A stretch of DNA of 64,000 nt from Octopus bimaculoides (GCF_001194135.2 NC_068982.1:165207899-165271898); one strand, 5' to 3'; positions 37,451-50,753 are shown, counted from the first letter of the stretch. Notes: a model not told the origin generated them from the sequence alone. Program-made: numbers and translations.

Positions 37451-39074
37451 GACTGATTGACAAAATTAGAAATATTTATATATTTCTTCTCCTGCCTTAT
37501 TACGCAAAAATACTTAAATATTAGTTTTGCAATAGGTTTTAGACATAAGTATGTGTATATCTCATCATTTTTTTTCACAAAGTCTAAATTTATCATCCCA
37601 CTTTTGTCTACATATTCCTTTGAAGGCGGAAAAGCGATTTAAATCTTAGGCACATTGTAATAATTTACTTTTGCTACCTAAGTTTTTCATCGATCAACTA
37701 AAAATAATATCAATATATTGCACCTAGAGCAATAGATATACTTGTTTTAACTTGTTTATCAATTAATGTCAATCCATAGAAAAATACACCTCATTGATCT
37801 ACTTGTAAAAATTGAATGGAACAGAATTATTGCATTTAATCGTGCGTGGAAAGGTGGAGGTTTTCGCAAAAACAAAAGAATTTCAGTTACAATGTGACAA
37901 GAAACTACGGTATAAAAGTCAATTGAAATATTTCGGAGATATTCAATATCAAAACATTAAATAATTTTTCTGTCTTATTATTCACGCAATAACAGGAATT
38001 ATAGTTTTGTTTGAAGCATTAGAAGTATGTCTAGTTTTTATGATATGTTATATGCTGAAATGATTTAATATAAATATAAATATAAACGCTAAATACAGTT
38101 TACGGAAAATGATAATTAGTTCAATCTTCGTAAAAAGGTTTTGCATTATTATGTTATACATCACCACAAACGATTTTTCGATAGTGCCATATCATATTAT
38201 CATATATGCTATATTAAATTATATTTGTGCATATCTTCTTAGGCAAGAAGTGTAAAATTTATTCAATTTAGATTTCAATTTAAAACTTAATGAAAGTTAA
38301 TTTAATTACGTTGTGAATTAACATTGAATCCGCGGCACTTTTAAGCAGCTGCTGCTGATTAAGTATTTCTTTATGTCTGGATGTTAAGAAAGTTTAGACA
38401 GAAATTTTCTGAATTATTAACCCGTTTGCCAATCAATAATTTCAATACAAACTGTATAGACTGATTGCTTTGCTGATTCTATCAATGACTAATTTCAACT
38501 TCATTGACATTTAATGTGCTAATTCTTTATTCTCAAATGTTCAATGGGGATTTCATAGATTAACGTACTCTTTAAAATGCTGCACCCTTCATTTAGTTTG
38601 GTTGTTAACAGTTATCATTAAAATGTATCATATCATTTATCCTTATTCTATTAAGAATGGTCGGTTTTAGAAAGCGAATTACCAATCAAATTGGTTCTAT
38701 TCAATTCCAACCCCAGTGGTCTAGAGATTCGAATCCACATCTTTGAAAACATTTCCCTCACATATTTGTCCGTATTACATTATATAAATATACTGATGCA
38801 ATCGCCCGAGGAATTATTCCTTGATATTTCTATAAGATTAACTGGATTTTACGGAAATCAATATAATTGACATAACTTCATTGTTATGTACACATGGATT
38901 TCAATTTCATGAAATCACTGTAACACTTAAAAAATTGCAAAACAATTTTAAAGACGTTAAGGAGCTTCTCTACAGAATATGAACCTCTACTCAGTTACGA
39001 TAATTGCTTGGAAATTAATAATAAGCGCTTAGAAAATATCTCGCCTTACTAATATCAGGTTCAAGTTCTGTTTG

Positions 39075-39263
39075 AAGGTCAAGTTCGGGGGAGGGCGATT
39101 AGTCGATTACATTAACCCCAGTGCTCAACTGGTACTTATGTAATCGACCCCAACAGAATGAAAGATAAAGTTGATCACGGTTAAATTTGCACTCAAAACG
39201 TAATGGGTGAAGTGCCACAAAGCATTTTACCCGGGGTACTAATGATTCAGCCACCACACCGCC
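39075..39263 (-). mobile_element. SINE family A, inverted cluster copy 1
   Basis: TAGTCGATTACATTAACCCCAGTGCTCAACTGGTACTTA core and GATTCAGCCACCACACCGCC head in reverse. Confidence 0.85.
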
Positions 39264-39290
39264 TACTTTTACTTTCTTAATATGCCTTTT

Positions 39291-39495
39291 TACTATAGGC
39301 ACCAAACTGCGTTTCGAAACAAGAGCTAAGTCTATTTCATCGACCCCACTGTTAACGTGGTGCTTATTTTATTGATCCCAAAAGGATGAAACGTAAAGTC
39401 GATCACGGCAGATTTTGAACTCAGCTCCCACAGACGAACGAAATTATGGTACGCATCTTGTCCAACACGGGTAACGATTTTGTCAGCTGGCTGCC
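39291..39495 (-). mobile_element. SINE family A, inverted cluster copy 2
   Basis: CATCGACCCC, AAAGGATGAAACGTAAAGTCGA, TTTTGAACTCAG and GTCAGCTGGCTGCC. Confidence 0.85.
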
Positions 39496-39517
39496 TTGTT
39501 TTACTTTACTAATATTG

Positions 39518-39766
39518 ATATCAAATTTTGGCACAGACCAGCAATTTTGAGGGAGAGAGTAAATCGATTACATCGACTCCAGTGTTTAACTGGTATTTAT
39601 TTTATCGATCTTGAAAGAAGGAAAAGCAAAAAAAAAAAAAAANNNNNNNNNNAAAAAAAAAAAAAAAAATCGACATCGGCGGAATTTGAACGCAGAACGT
39701 AAAGACAGACCAAATCCCCGCTAAGGATGTCGCCCGGCGTGTTAACGACCTTGTCACCTCATCGCC
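39518..39766 (-). mobile_element. SINE family A, inverted cluster copy 3, with an internal poly-A expansion
   Basis: TCGATTACATCGACTCCAGTG core and CGACATCGGCGGAATTTGAACGCAGAACG; A-run with a 10-N gap at about 39628-39669. Confidence 0.88.
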
Positions 39767-39990
39767 TTGTTTCACATTATTAATATGGCCAAATGATCTA
39801 TTGATGTAGTTTAAATAGCGTGTTCTTACTACGTATTCTGGTATGGGACAATACACCAAACTGAAAGTAATGAAGAATCTACCGTGGAAAAACAGAAAAT
39901 ACCGTGAAAAATTGCAAAGGTGTCTGTAACAAATTCAACTACTAAATGTTTAGCAACGTTTCAATGATGATGATGATAGAGATAATAATA

Positions 39991-40101
39991 ATAATCGTTT
40001 CTACTATAAGCACAAGGCCTGAAATTTTGGTAGAGGTGGCTAGTCGATTACATCTACTCCAGTGTTTCCCTAGTACTTAATTTCATTGACCGCGGAAGGA
40101 T
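39991..40101 (-). mobile_element. SINE family A, inverted cluster copy 4 (3' half, cut by (TA)n and a gap)
   Basis: CACAAGGCCTGAAATTTTGG...TAGTCGATTACATC...AGTACTTAATTT. Confidence 0.88.
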
Positions 40102-40343
40102 ATATATNNNNNNNNNNNNNNNNNNNNNNNNNNNNNNNNNNNNNNNNNNNNNNNNNNNNNNNNNNNNNNNNNNNNNNNNNNNNNNNNNNNNNNNNNNNNN
40201 NNNNNNNNNNNNNNNNNNNNNNNNNNNNNNNNNNNNNNNNNNNNNNNNNNNNNNNNNNNNNNNNNNNNNNNNNNNNNNNNNNNNNNNNNNNNNNNNNNNN
40301 NNNNNNNNNNNNNNNNNNNNNNNNNNATATATATATATATATA

Positions 40344-40880
40344 GCGTGGGATGAGTAAATTGTCGCACATACTAAGGGCAGTTATGTACCGTCTGCGAGA
40401 ATAACAGCACCATGACACAAATCCCTCTGCTAGAAATTTGGAAACGACGTGTTGTATTGCTTCGCATTTGCGCCGGAAGCTCCAATACAAAGAGATAGTG
40501 AACACAAAGAACAACCGTTGGTTTGCCGTGTCCACAAAACATGTACTGAGAGTAATAAAAATCAAACATCCAGTCAACATCATAGTGTTCAGAGTGATCA
40601 CATGTGATGCTGACATTATGCTTCCATTCATCTTCCCACACGGCCTCAGATTGAACATGGAGGCCTACATCAAGTGCTTGGAGGAGGTAGTGCGTCTCTG
40701 GGTAAAAAGGGTAGCATTCACCAACTTAAAGAAGGAGACCGTCTAGAAGAGTTGCAGGAGATTCCGAAGTCGTCTGGAGGCCGTGGTCGAAGTCAATGGC
40801 AATTTTATAGAATAAATTTACTCTTTAATATTTCAAGATATTTTTATGTAATTTCAGTAGATATATCTTTTGAAATGACT
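40344..40880 (+). mobile_element. Internally deleted Tc1/mariner-superfamily element (maT/DD37D-like)
   Basis: NNRWFAVS, KHPVNIIVFRVITCDADIMLPFIFPHGLRLN...WVKRVA joined directly to FTNLKKETV*KSCRRFRSRLEAVVEVNGNFIE*; begins at a TA in the (TA)n run. Subfamily is from recall of the motifs. Confidence 0.8.
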
Positions 40881-41134
40881 CAGAGACAAGCCAGGTCAAA
40901 ACATCAAGCGGCAATATTGGTCGAAGACTCATGATATGGAATGTCGCAATCTGATGCGCAAGAAAAATATCCCAAAACTGCTCAATGCCATTCCCTGCAT
41001 ATCTTGTTTTGTATATCAGAATGACCTTCTCGCAAAGACATTATTTAACAAAAGGTAGGGTGTGCCTCACACCCAGTGGTCTCCAACCGCGCCAGACAAT
41101 AATCAGACTTTTTTTAGTTTTTTAGACCCCGTGC

Positions 41135-41172
<38 letters not shown>

Positions 41173-41862
41173 AATAATAAANNNNNNNNNNATATATATA
41201 TATATATATATATATATATGGAACTTGCAATCATGTGACTATCCTCTACCTATTCAAAACATATACTAATTTGAGCCATGGACTCCCTATAAAGATAAGA
41301 CAAGCTTCAAAAGTCAGAAGCAAGCCATCTTGAGAGACAGTCGCCTCGCAATTTTGGGGTGTTGGTGTTGATTACTGTAGCACGTGAATTAAATTGTAAC
41401 ACACAGTTATTATATATTGCTGTAGGTTTCCCCGCGCGGGAGAACCAGGCTTTGGTAAATTGTTAAATTGTTGAATTTCACAGAAAATTCTTGATAATAA
41501 ATTGCTTCATCGAAACAAATCTCACCTGGTTTCTTTGGCTGCATATAATTACAGTACTTTTCGCATTCGGATGGGGATAACTTTCCTAAAAATAGTCACA
41601 CCTTCTTCTCATCATTCGAATTTTTACATACTTCTTTGAAGATTTCTTTGTATCTTCTAAAATATGCATAAATATAGTACCTTCTGAGTTATAAATAAAT
41701 TCTTCAATTGAGTTTGCTACGCCGTCTGACGAGAACGAACATGAAGTATTTTCAGACTTCTTCAACAATACTTCCAGTAATGGTTTGTACTGTTTTTGTT
41801 GTTATTGTAACTACCGTTGTTGCTATTGTTGTTATTATTGTGGTTTTTGTTGTTGCAACTTC

Positions 41863-42428
41863 NNNNNNNNNNNNNNNNNNNNNNNNNNNNNNNNNNNNNN
41901 NNNNNNNNNNNNNNNNNNNNNNNNNNNNNNNNNNNNNNNNNNNNNNNNNNNNNNNNNNNNNNNNNNNNNNNNNNNNNNNNNNNNNNNNNNNNNNNNNNNN
42001 NNNNNNNNNNNNNNNNNNNNNNNNNNNNNNNNNNNNNNNNNNNNNNNNNNNNNNNNNNNNNNNNNNNNNNNNNNNNNNNNNNNNNNNNNNNNNNNNNNNN
42101 NNNNNNNNNNNNNNNNNNNNNNNNNNNNNNNNNNNNNNNNNNNNNNNNNNNNNNNNNNNNNNNNNNNNNNNNNNNNNNNNNNNNNNNNNNNNNNNNNNNN
42201 NNNNNNNNNNNNNNNNNNNNNNNNNNNNNNNNNNNNNNNNNNNNNNNNNNNNNNNNNNNNNNNNNNNNNNNNNNNNNNNNNNNNNNNNNNNNNNNNNNNN
42301 NNNNNNNNNNNNNNNNNNNNNNNNNNNNNNNNNNNNNNNNNNNNNNNNNNNNNNNNNNNNNNNNNNNNNNNNNNNNNNNNNNNNNNNNNNNNNNNNNNNN
42401 NNNNNNNNNNNNNNNNNNNNNNNNNNNN
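41863..42428. other. Assembly gap after degenerate (TTG)n
   Basis: N run. Confidence 1.
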
Positions 42429-44739
42429 ATATATATACGTCCGACACACGTTAATTTATACCCAACGCAAAAATATGCACAGACAGTCAGACAGACAAAT
42501 AGATAGATATATAGATAGATAGATAGATAGATAGATAGATCCCATTAACGTTTAAAAGTGTGATAATATTATTGACGGATATTCTTGACATACTCGCGGC
42601 AATTTTTTTCTCTCAGCCTACATCCACATAGATTTCGTGGGTCAGTCTTGCCATTTTTAATCATTGTGTGGCGACACCTCTCTGTAATTCCTTTTTATCA
42701 GAAATAGTACATAAATAAGTTGAACATATCAACCGTGCTCGCAGCATACATTTTCTTTCACCATAGCCATATAATATTGGAAGACTACACGTTGTTTCTT
42801 GTTAAATGAAAACAGTGGCTCAATCTTTAATATAGGTCCACCTGGTAGACATTTCTGTTCTCTACAGGATAAGATCTGGATAAACCCACAACCACACAGA
42901 CACTGAATTGATACTGAAGGAAAGGATGCCGGACAATTTCGTCAAGAGCCGCTCGTTTCAGATAACATTGGTTGAAAATGATTCTAGGAGCTACTGCTTC
43001 CGAACCAGTCAAAAGAAAACTAGCACCATAATCGTCCAAAGAGAGCGCGTGCGGTTGCATCTCCGAATTGTTTATCCCATCCCGGGATTTTTACATAGTG
43101 ACTCGAGACTGGTTGACACCTTTGCTTCGACAACAGTTTCGTATGTGAATTTATATATCTCAATCCAAATTATGATTCGTTGAAAAACAAATTACGCAGG
43201 AAAAATACTTATCTTGTTTTAACTGTTGTGTATACACAACTACACGTCTGTTTCACCTGGAAATTGCGAATGTATCCTGAAGAATCTTCATTTTGACATT
43301 CTTTTTAGTCACGTGCTACCCTTTTTAAAAGCTCGATTCAGATGTCCTGTGGCCGTTATTTTTAAGAGAAATACGGCTATTGACTCCTTGTTTGTTATAT
43401 CTGTGTATTTGTGGAGTAAAGTCATTTCAATCATAGACGCATTTCCAATCAAGTGTGAAATTGCGATAAGTTACTTGTTACTGCCCTGTTTTTAATCTGT
43501 TATTTACAACTGTTGTTGTGGCGATAGTTCTTATAGCTGATCTGATTTCTGTTACTCTTGCTGCTGTTGTAGATTTTAATGTTACACTACATACTGCACT
43601 TGTTGCTCCTGATAGTATTGATTTTATTGTTGTCTTGTTCTAGTTTTAATCTCCAACCAGAAGTCTTGTTTCATTTAAAATGCTTGTTTGTACTATGGGG
43701 ATGTTTAGTCTGACAAATCTCTTAGATTTCGAGGTTTGGTCGTTGTTTCTCCTGTTCGATCCCTCAAACAGTGTTTTGATTTCTACATCCTATGCCTTTT
43801 CTGTTAATCTTTTCTGTCACAGCCATTTTATTCCATATTTCAGAAGCTGCAGAATATAAAGTATTTCTCCGTGCATGGAAAATTGTGTTCATTTGAGTTT
43901 GGGCTTGTGTGAATTTCTTTGCTATATGGTGTGAGAGCGCTATTTTCCGAAAACATCTCTGAAGTTGTTTGTTATTGTAACTTTTGTTCATTGTCCGTCT
44001 GGTATTGTTTGTTATTCATGTTGCTATTTTTGATGTTGTTGCAGAAACATTTTGTTATGGATTCTTTGAAGAGAGTGTAGTAGTGAAAAGAATTTCTTTA
44101 AACTGTTATTTTTCTTGTATTCGGTTTTCGTAGAAAACTAATAGAAAGTCATTCATTCTTGCCTCACAGATAGCATATGAGATTCATTTCATCGTCACCT
44201 ACAGGCACTTTTTTGTAGATTACACTGATGATTCCATCAACGTCAACATCTAAATGACTCGTGTCTAAGCACTCTGAAAGCCAACGTAGTTTTATGGATT
44301 TCAGTCGTTCAACTCTATTTTGAGTACACTACATTAACTTCTTCCTATACTTTGAACTTTTGACCACTGTGGCTCTCATTTGGTTTTATAGTGCATAAGA
44401 GCAACGTCTACCTTGGCAAACATATTTCCATCCAGCCAAAATTTATGTCAGATGCTCGATGTAGCTGACAACTGTAACAATATAATTATTGAGTCCAAAA
44501 TATATTTATTCTTTTATTTTGTTTTACTTATTTCGGTAATTTNNNNNNNNNNNNNNNNNNNNNNNNNNNNNNNNNNNNNNNNNNNNNNNNNNNNNNNNNN
44601 NNNNNNNNNNNNNNNNNNNNNNNNNNNNNNNNNNNNNNNNNNNNNNNNNNNNNNNNNNNNNNNNNNNNNNNNNNNNNNNNNNNNNNNNNNNNNNNNNNNN
44701 NNNNNNNNNNNNNNNNNNNNNNNNNNNNNNNNNNNNNNA

Positions 44740-44773
<34 letters not shown>

Positions 44774-44783
44774 CATATATATA

Positions 44784-44940
44784 CGACAGGCTTCTTTCAG
44801 TTTCCGTCTACCAAATCCACTCACAAGGCTCTGGTTGGCCCGAGGCTATAGTAGAAGACATTTGCCCAAGGTGCCACGCAGTAGAACTGAAACCAGAACC
44901 ATGTTGTTGGGAAGCAACCGCATCATCAGCCTGCGCCTAT
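44784..44940 (-). mobile_element. tRNA-derived SINE (family B), head plus central domain, well preserved
   Basis: Reverse reading gives ...TTCTGGTTTCAGTTCTACTGCGTGGCACCTTGGGCAAATGTCTTCTACTATAGCCTCGGGCC...GGATTTGGTAGACGGAAACTGAAAGAAGCCTGTCG, then (TA)n. Confidence 0.9.
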
Positions 44941-47439
44941 ATAACGTATTTTGTAGCATGTCATGTCACGGAATTGACTTTCATCCAATTCAAACAATTC
45001 GATTATAATTTCTTTCTAAATTATGTTATACACATGGAAATCGTTTAATATGCGTTAGAGACAATTTGGGTTCGTCTTGCCTAATTATTGCACATAAGTA
45101 CAAAATTACTTCAAAGAAGAAATAACATGTTATAAGATCTAAATATATTTCCGTTATTTACCTAAATATGCATATTTAGCAGAAACCTGTAGACAATAAC
45201 AAATCAGATTCATACTTTCTTCCATATTACATCTATCCTAAAAGTAACTACTTATCATTGCAAAAATAGGAATTGATTGAGATACAAATATACTGAAGTT
45301 CCTTTGTAGGCTTTCGTGCTAGTTATGAATATATCCGGTTATTCAGAGGGTTTGAATTATTTAATGGAAAACAATACACCATTGATGAAAAAGATTTAGT
45401 TAATTACTGACGCATAAATTTCTTTGTTCTTTAGTCGTGGGATATAAGTGGCTCGGATAGAGCAGCGTGAAACAGAGGAAAAGATGACTTGATGATAGCT
45501 TAATGTTCATAACATCTTTCCAATGTATTTACAATTCCTAATGCAGCATATATACTCATACATATACATTTGTATCTATTCATACATATACATATATACT
45601 TAAAAACGCACACACACAAACACATACACACATACTTAAACACACACGTATGTGTGATCAAGTATATATTTTTGCGTGTATAAACGTATGCATAGACGGG
45701 GGCTTGAAAGTATATGTGAGCACTTCCATCTCCGAGTGAGCGTTTGTCTTCATAATAGAATATAGATATATATATACAGGTGTGTGCATGTGTGTGTGTG
45801 TCTGTGTGTGTGTGTGTGTGTGTGTGTAGTGTAGTGTGTGTGTAGTGTGTGCGCGTAGGGATTGATATATATTGTGTGTATTTTTTGCAACAAAAATTAT
45901 TGTACAATTGTATCTTTATACGCATCTTACATATAAATGTATATGTAGACACAAGCATTCTAAATCTCATATGCGTGCACGTATGTGTGTATGAGCATAT
46001 TTTTCGTGTATGCATATGCATGTTCATGTGTGTTGTGTTTATGTGCGCATGTCTCTTAATGGATGTGTAGAGAACATAGCCTTCTCTCGATTAATAACCA
46101 TATTCTATCTTCTAAAGCTTTGTCCGTTTTCATCTTTCATTTCTGTAATTAGATTTGCCTCCAATATTTATATAAGCTGAAATAATGGATTAATGTTCTT
46201 CTTTCATATGTTGTAGGGAATACTTTCTTTGCATAGTTTTTAGCACGTTATGGAAGATTTCCTCAGCCATTACCTAAACATGTACGCGAACAATTCTACA
46301 AACACCTACACTATCACTACAAATGCACATAGACACATATGCGCATACATACATACATTCCTGCATACATACGCACACGCACGCACACACAAACACACCC
46401 ACACCCACACACACACACACACACACAAATATATNNNNNNNNNNNNNNNNNNNNNNNNNNNNNNNNNNNNNNNNNNNNNNNNNNNNNNNNNNNNNNNNNN
46501 NNNNNNNNNNNNNNNNNNNTATATACATACATATATATATCACATATTATATTGTATTATATTTTATAATACTATATTATGTTACATTATATTATATTAT
46601 ATTATATTATATTCATTGTGTTTCAACTCTGTTCTACTGACCAATTTGGTGGATGCTAATTCATTTGTGTATATATATTTTTTTTTCCGAAGTTAACTAT
46701 GTTGAAGCGTTAGTATCTACCGTAAATCAAATAATTTCAAGTGAGCGAAATATATCCTCTTCCATGTTAAAACTTAGTAATGGATTTTATGTATTAGGTT
46801 TCTTTTTTGATCTGTAACGAATGAAAGGTTTTCATGTCCTACATATTCAGAGGAATTTATTAACAGTAGTTAGTATAATTTATAAACGTTATGAAAATTA
46901 CAATAGTAGAAGTCTATATCAAACAGTGTACTTATTTAAGTATTATGAGCAAAACATCTTCTTCATGCGCTCTGCGTAGCCCTTTTTCATTTTTCATATC
47001 TACGTTCTTTTTACTGATGATATATATTTACTTTCTTATAAAATGTCACAGTCTGACATGGATTATCTTAGTGGTAATATTGGATTACAGGAATTGCAGT
47101 TCTCCCTCCAAACACACCATCCACAATCCATGAAACACATTTTTGATCATGCAATCAAATTGTAAACAAAAGAAGACAAAACCATTCTATGGACAGTTTT
47201 CTATCATATGCATCTATATCAATTGATTTATTTTTAATATATATTCACATGCATATTCGTTTTATTTGAGAGATAAATCTTTCATATTGAATGTTTTACC
47301 TAATTTTTCTGCCAAGACACCACTCTATAACTGAAATCTCTGAAAAATATTTATATGAACCTGAATATCCGTAAAAAAAAAGAAAAGCTCTCAAGGACTT
47401 TGGCTGAAAGTATTTGAGCTTATGGGCCAATGCACGTTC

Positions 47440-47580
47440 GGCTGTTGTCTCCCTCTCTCTCCCATTCTCTCTTTTTCTCTCTCTCTCTCCCTTTCTCTGT
47501 CTTCCTTTCTCTTTCTATCTTTCTCTTTCTCTCTTTCTCTTTCTCTCTCTCTGTCTCTCTCTCCCTCTCTTTCACTTTAT
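47440..47580. repeat. Degenerate (CT)n
   Basis: Direct repeat units. Confidence 0.9.
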
Positions 47581-48004
47581 CTTTGATAGTCCGTCCAATT
47601 CTTCAGTGTTATTACGTCATTTACAGAGGACCTGTATCTCACTTCCTCTCTTTCTGAAGTCATCCTCAATAATTCCAATATACGAAATTCCTTTTTTTTC
47701 TCGCACTGATCTAAATCTTTTATCGTAGTGTTTGAGTCATTAGTTTCTTCTCGTAACCATATTTCTCGCTGACACACAGACTTTCTAAATACTGTTGACT
47801 TCCCATTTTTGCATTATCACTGTTAATCTTTCTATAGAATCAATGATCGTCAACTAAGTTAAACAACGAACCTACAAATCCACAAATCAACTGCAATTGA
47901 TATCGCAGCAAGAAATTTTCTTGAAACTGTTTCTTCGTTACGGCTGAATAAATGCACCCTTTTCCATTTGACATTAAATACTTTTAGCTGAAAATGTATA
48001 ACCA

Positions 48005-48402
48005 CTGAAGATGAAGCAGCAGCGAAAATGACCGAATGTGTAGAACGCGAATAACTGGATTCTACGCGATGACAGTATACTCTCCCACCGAGCTCTTCTC
48101 ACCCAAGAGTGGCTCACTAAAAGCAACATGGTATCGCTTCTGCACCCTCTCCGTTCGCCATATTTAGCACCTGAGGAATTCTATGTATTCCCAAAGAGGA
48201 AAATGCAGCTCAAATGTCGCCATTTTAACACTGTCGTCGAAACGAAATCCAGCAAATCGCAGGCCGGATTCCAAAAGTAGCAAGAACGCTGGGACCGGTG
48301 TTGACTATTTCTAAGGGGATGAATGATGCTAAAACGTAGGTAAATAAGTTACTTTTTATTAAGCCTTACTAGTGCGGGAACCTTTCAATACCACTACGTG
48401 TA
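48005..48402 (+). mobile_element. Mariner 3' remnant with terminal repeat
   Basis: WILRDDS...HRALLTQEWL, HPLRSPYLAPEEFYVFPKRKMQLK, GFQK*QERWDRC, then a TIR-like GGGAACCTTTCAATACCACTACG. Confidence 0.85.
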
Positions 48403-48519
48403 TGTAATATGTATTAATTATTGTGCATGTGTGATTATGAGAACGTGTATGAAAATTTGTGTGTCCAAGTACATGTGTCATTGTATCTGAGCGTGCGTAT
48501 CTGTGAACATATGAAAGCT

Positions 48520-48642
48520 GATCGAAAGTGGAGCTGGAACACGAAAAATGAAGTATTTTGCTCAAGAGCGCAACACGCCACCTAGTCTGGGAATGGAATC
48601 TAAGATTTAGGGATCGTGAGTGCCACAGCCTAACCACTATGC
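48520..48642 (-). mobile_element. SINE family C head plus central motif
   Basis: Reverse reading gives GCATAGTGGTTAGG...TTCCATTCCCAG...TTGCGCTCTTGAGCAAAATACTTCATT, homologous to 20330. Confidence 0.75.
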
Positions 48643-48643
48643 G

Positions 48644-48800
48644 ACGACGGGCTTCTTTTAGTTGCCGTCTACAAAAAGCTTTGGTTAACCTGGGTCTATA
48701 GATGAAAACACTGGCCCAGGGTACAACTCAGTGGGACCAGACCTGGAATCATGTGTTTCGAAAGCAAATTTCTTACCACACAGCCTTGCCTGTGCCTGTA
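48644..48800 (-). mobile_element. SINE family B head plus central domain, old copy
   Basis: GGCTGTGTGGTAAG head and AGACGGCAACTAAAAGAAGCCCGTCG, homologous to 44784-44940. Confidence 0.82.
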
Positions 48801-50514
48801 TGTGTGTGTTTAAATTTGTGTGTGGGTGTGTACTGTGTTGTGAGTGTATGAATGTATTGATGTGAGTGCGTATGCAATACATGTGGTAGTGTTAGATACT
48901 GCGCATCTTTAAGCATCCAAAATAAACCGTACGATAAATGTGGAAGAACGTAGCTATACATAGAAGCATTAAATATACATGTTAGTATATACTTACATGT
49001 AGCTCTCCCAGTGTTGTCGCACATATACATACACTTGCTCACATCTGTTTGCGACCATAAAGCTGTTATACAAACATTACGCTAACCTCTTCTCATTCGA
49101 CCCCTGTCAAAATAGATAGGAAATTTGTTTACCCCGGGAGATATGCCGTGTAAAGTTAAAACAATTTGTTGCTCCCGGCACTTAAATATTCCAAAATGAA
49201 TTTCATTCCGAATCCCTTTATTCCCTTTAAACTAAAGTGCTTTGTAAATGCTGTCAGCTGAATTCTTATGTAGTTGACATGCCAAGAGAGGATTATTTTC
49301 TTATGAAATAAAAGCAATTTTAAGCCTAGTTCTAGTCGAAATTGGGAGGCTGCTAAACCGTGGGCATTGACATAAGTTATAATTTTAATAATGTATTGCT
49401 GTAATGACATCTATATAATTTATTTCAGGTCATTAAGCTATGAATAATTGTTTTAAATCAGGAGTAATTTCACTGATCCAGAAATTGACGAAATATTGCA
49501 AATTCATCTATTAATATGAGTTTTCTCTTTATATTTTATATAGGACTTAAGGTTATAGAAAAGTTTTAAGTTCCTATAATTACGATAATTTAATTTCGAT
49601 ATTTTGAACAAATGTATTTAATCACTGGCATCACAATGAGTCAACAGCCGAATCGGTGATAAAATTTGGTGACCTTGTATCAACCGCATTTTCTGGAGAG
49701 ATTAGAAAGCAGCATGTTATTGTAGATTCCATCTTGTTTCTAGGAGTGCAATTAAACGATGAGTGCAATTATTTTATTTATTATATGAATAGAGGAGGTT
49801 TAGATTCTAATGCTCAGAGACAGTTGGAATAACATGGCTCTGAAGTAGATTATTACTTTTGTTTCTATTCCCTTTAATGTAATTATTGAACGATAGAAGT
49901 AGATGCATTCAATTCAGTTTAATTCATTTAGCACCGGAAAAGTTTAAAGCTTTGAAAGGAAATTGGAAATAACGTAAAAGTCCAATAACGTTCGAGCTCC
50001 AGTAGCGATTGCATAAAACAAATATTTATTTCTTCTAACTGGGCAAAAGTAACATTTTATAGGTATATAGGTGAAGGGTAATTACAGAGCGATTAATTTC
50101 AGTATAATATTATGCACCACCTCCACCACCACCACCATCGCGAAGAAAATGAAAGTAGATTCTGTTCTGAATGGGCGCATTTCGTTACTCTATCTGTATT
50201 TATATCGCTTGTACTCGCTTCATATCAAGAAAATAATTGAAACACCATTCATCACTAATAATTTCAACTTTTTCGTTGTTGGGAACAGCTTTTTTCCACG
50301 TTGTCTTGTCTTCTTATCTCACTGGATTTAATATTACCTGACTTCCAATATCTGTTACTGTCGTTTACTCCCCAACGTTAACGCTGATCGAACAGTTCTA
50401 TGGTACACAGGGAGACGGCCAAAGGATAAGGTCTGACGCACAGAATTATTTTTCTTCAGCAGATGACCATACTGCCAATTTGTTGTTTAGTAATAAATCA
50501 CATGACCATAATAA

Positions 50515-50518
<4 letters not shown>

Positions 50519-50583
<65 letters not shown>

Positions 50584-50589
50584 TTCTCC

Positions 50590-50630
<41 letters not shown>
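50519..50630. repeat. (CT)n(TA)n(CT)n compound microsatellite
   Basis: Direct repeat units. Confidence 0.95.
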
Positions 50631-50631
<1 letters not shown>

Positions 50632-50753
50632 CTTTTTCTCGCTCCGCTGTTCATTCTGCCCATGTACACTTGTAGATTCGAATGGTCGTTACTGAAGGTA
50701 CAAGAGGAATATTAGAGCAGAGTGTAGCAATTATAGATACTCTACACTAATTA

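Noticed and set aside
41074-41088. CAGTGGTCTCCAACC hAT-like terminal repeat
   Set aside because: No convincing partner TIR or 8-bp target duplication found nearby; a gap interrupts the region.
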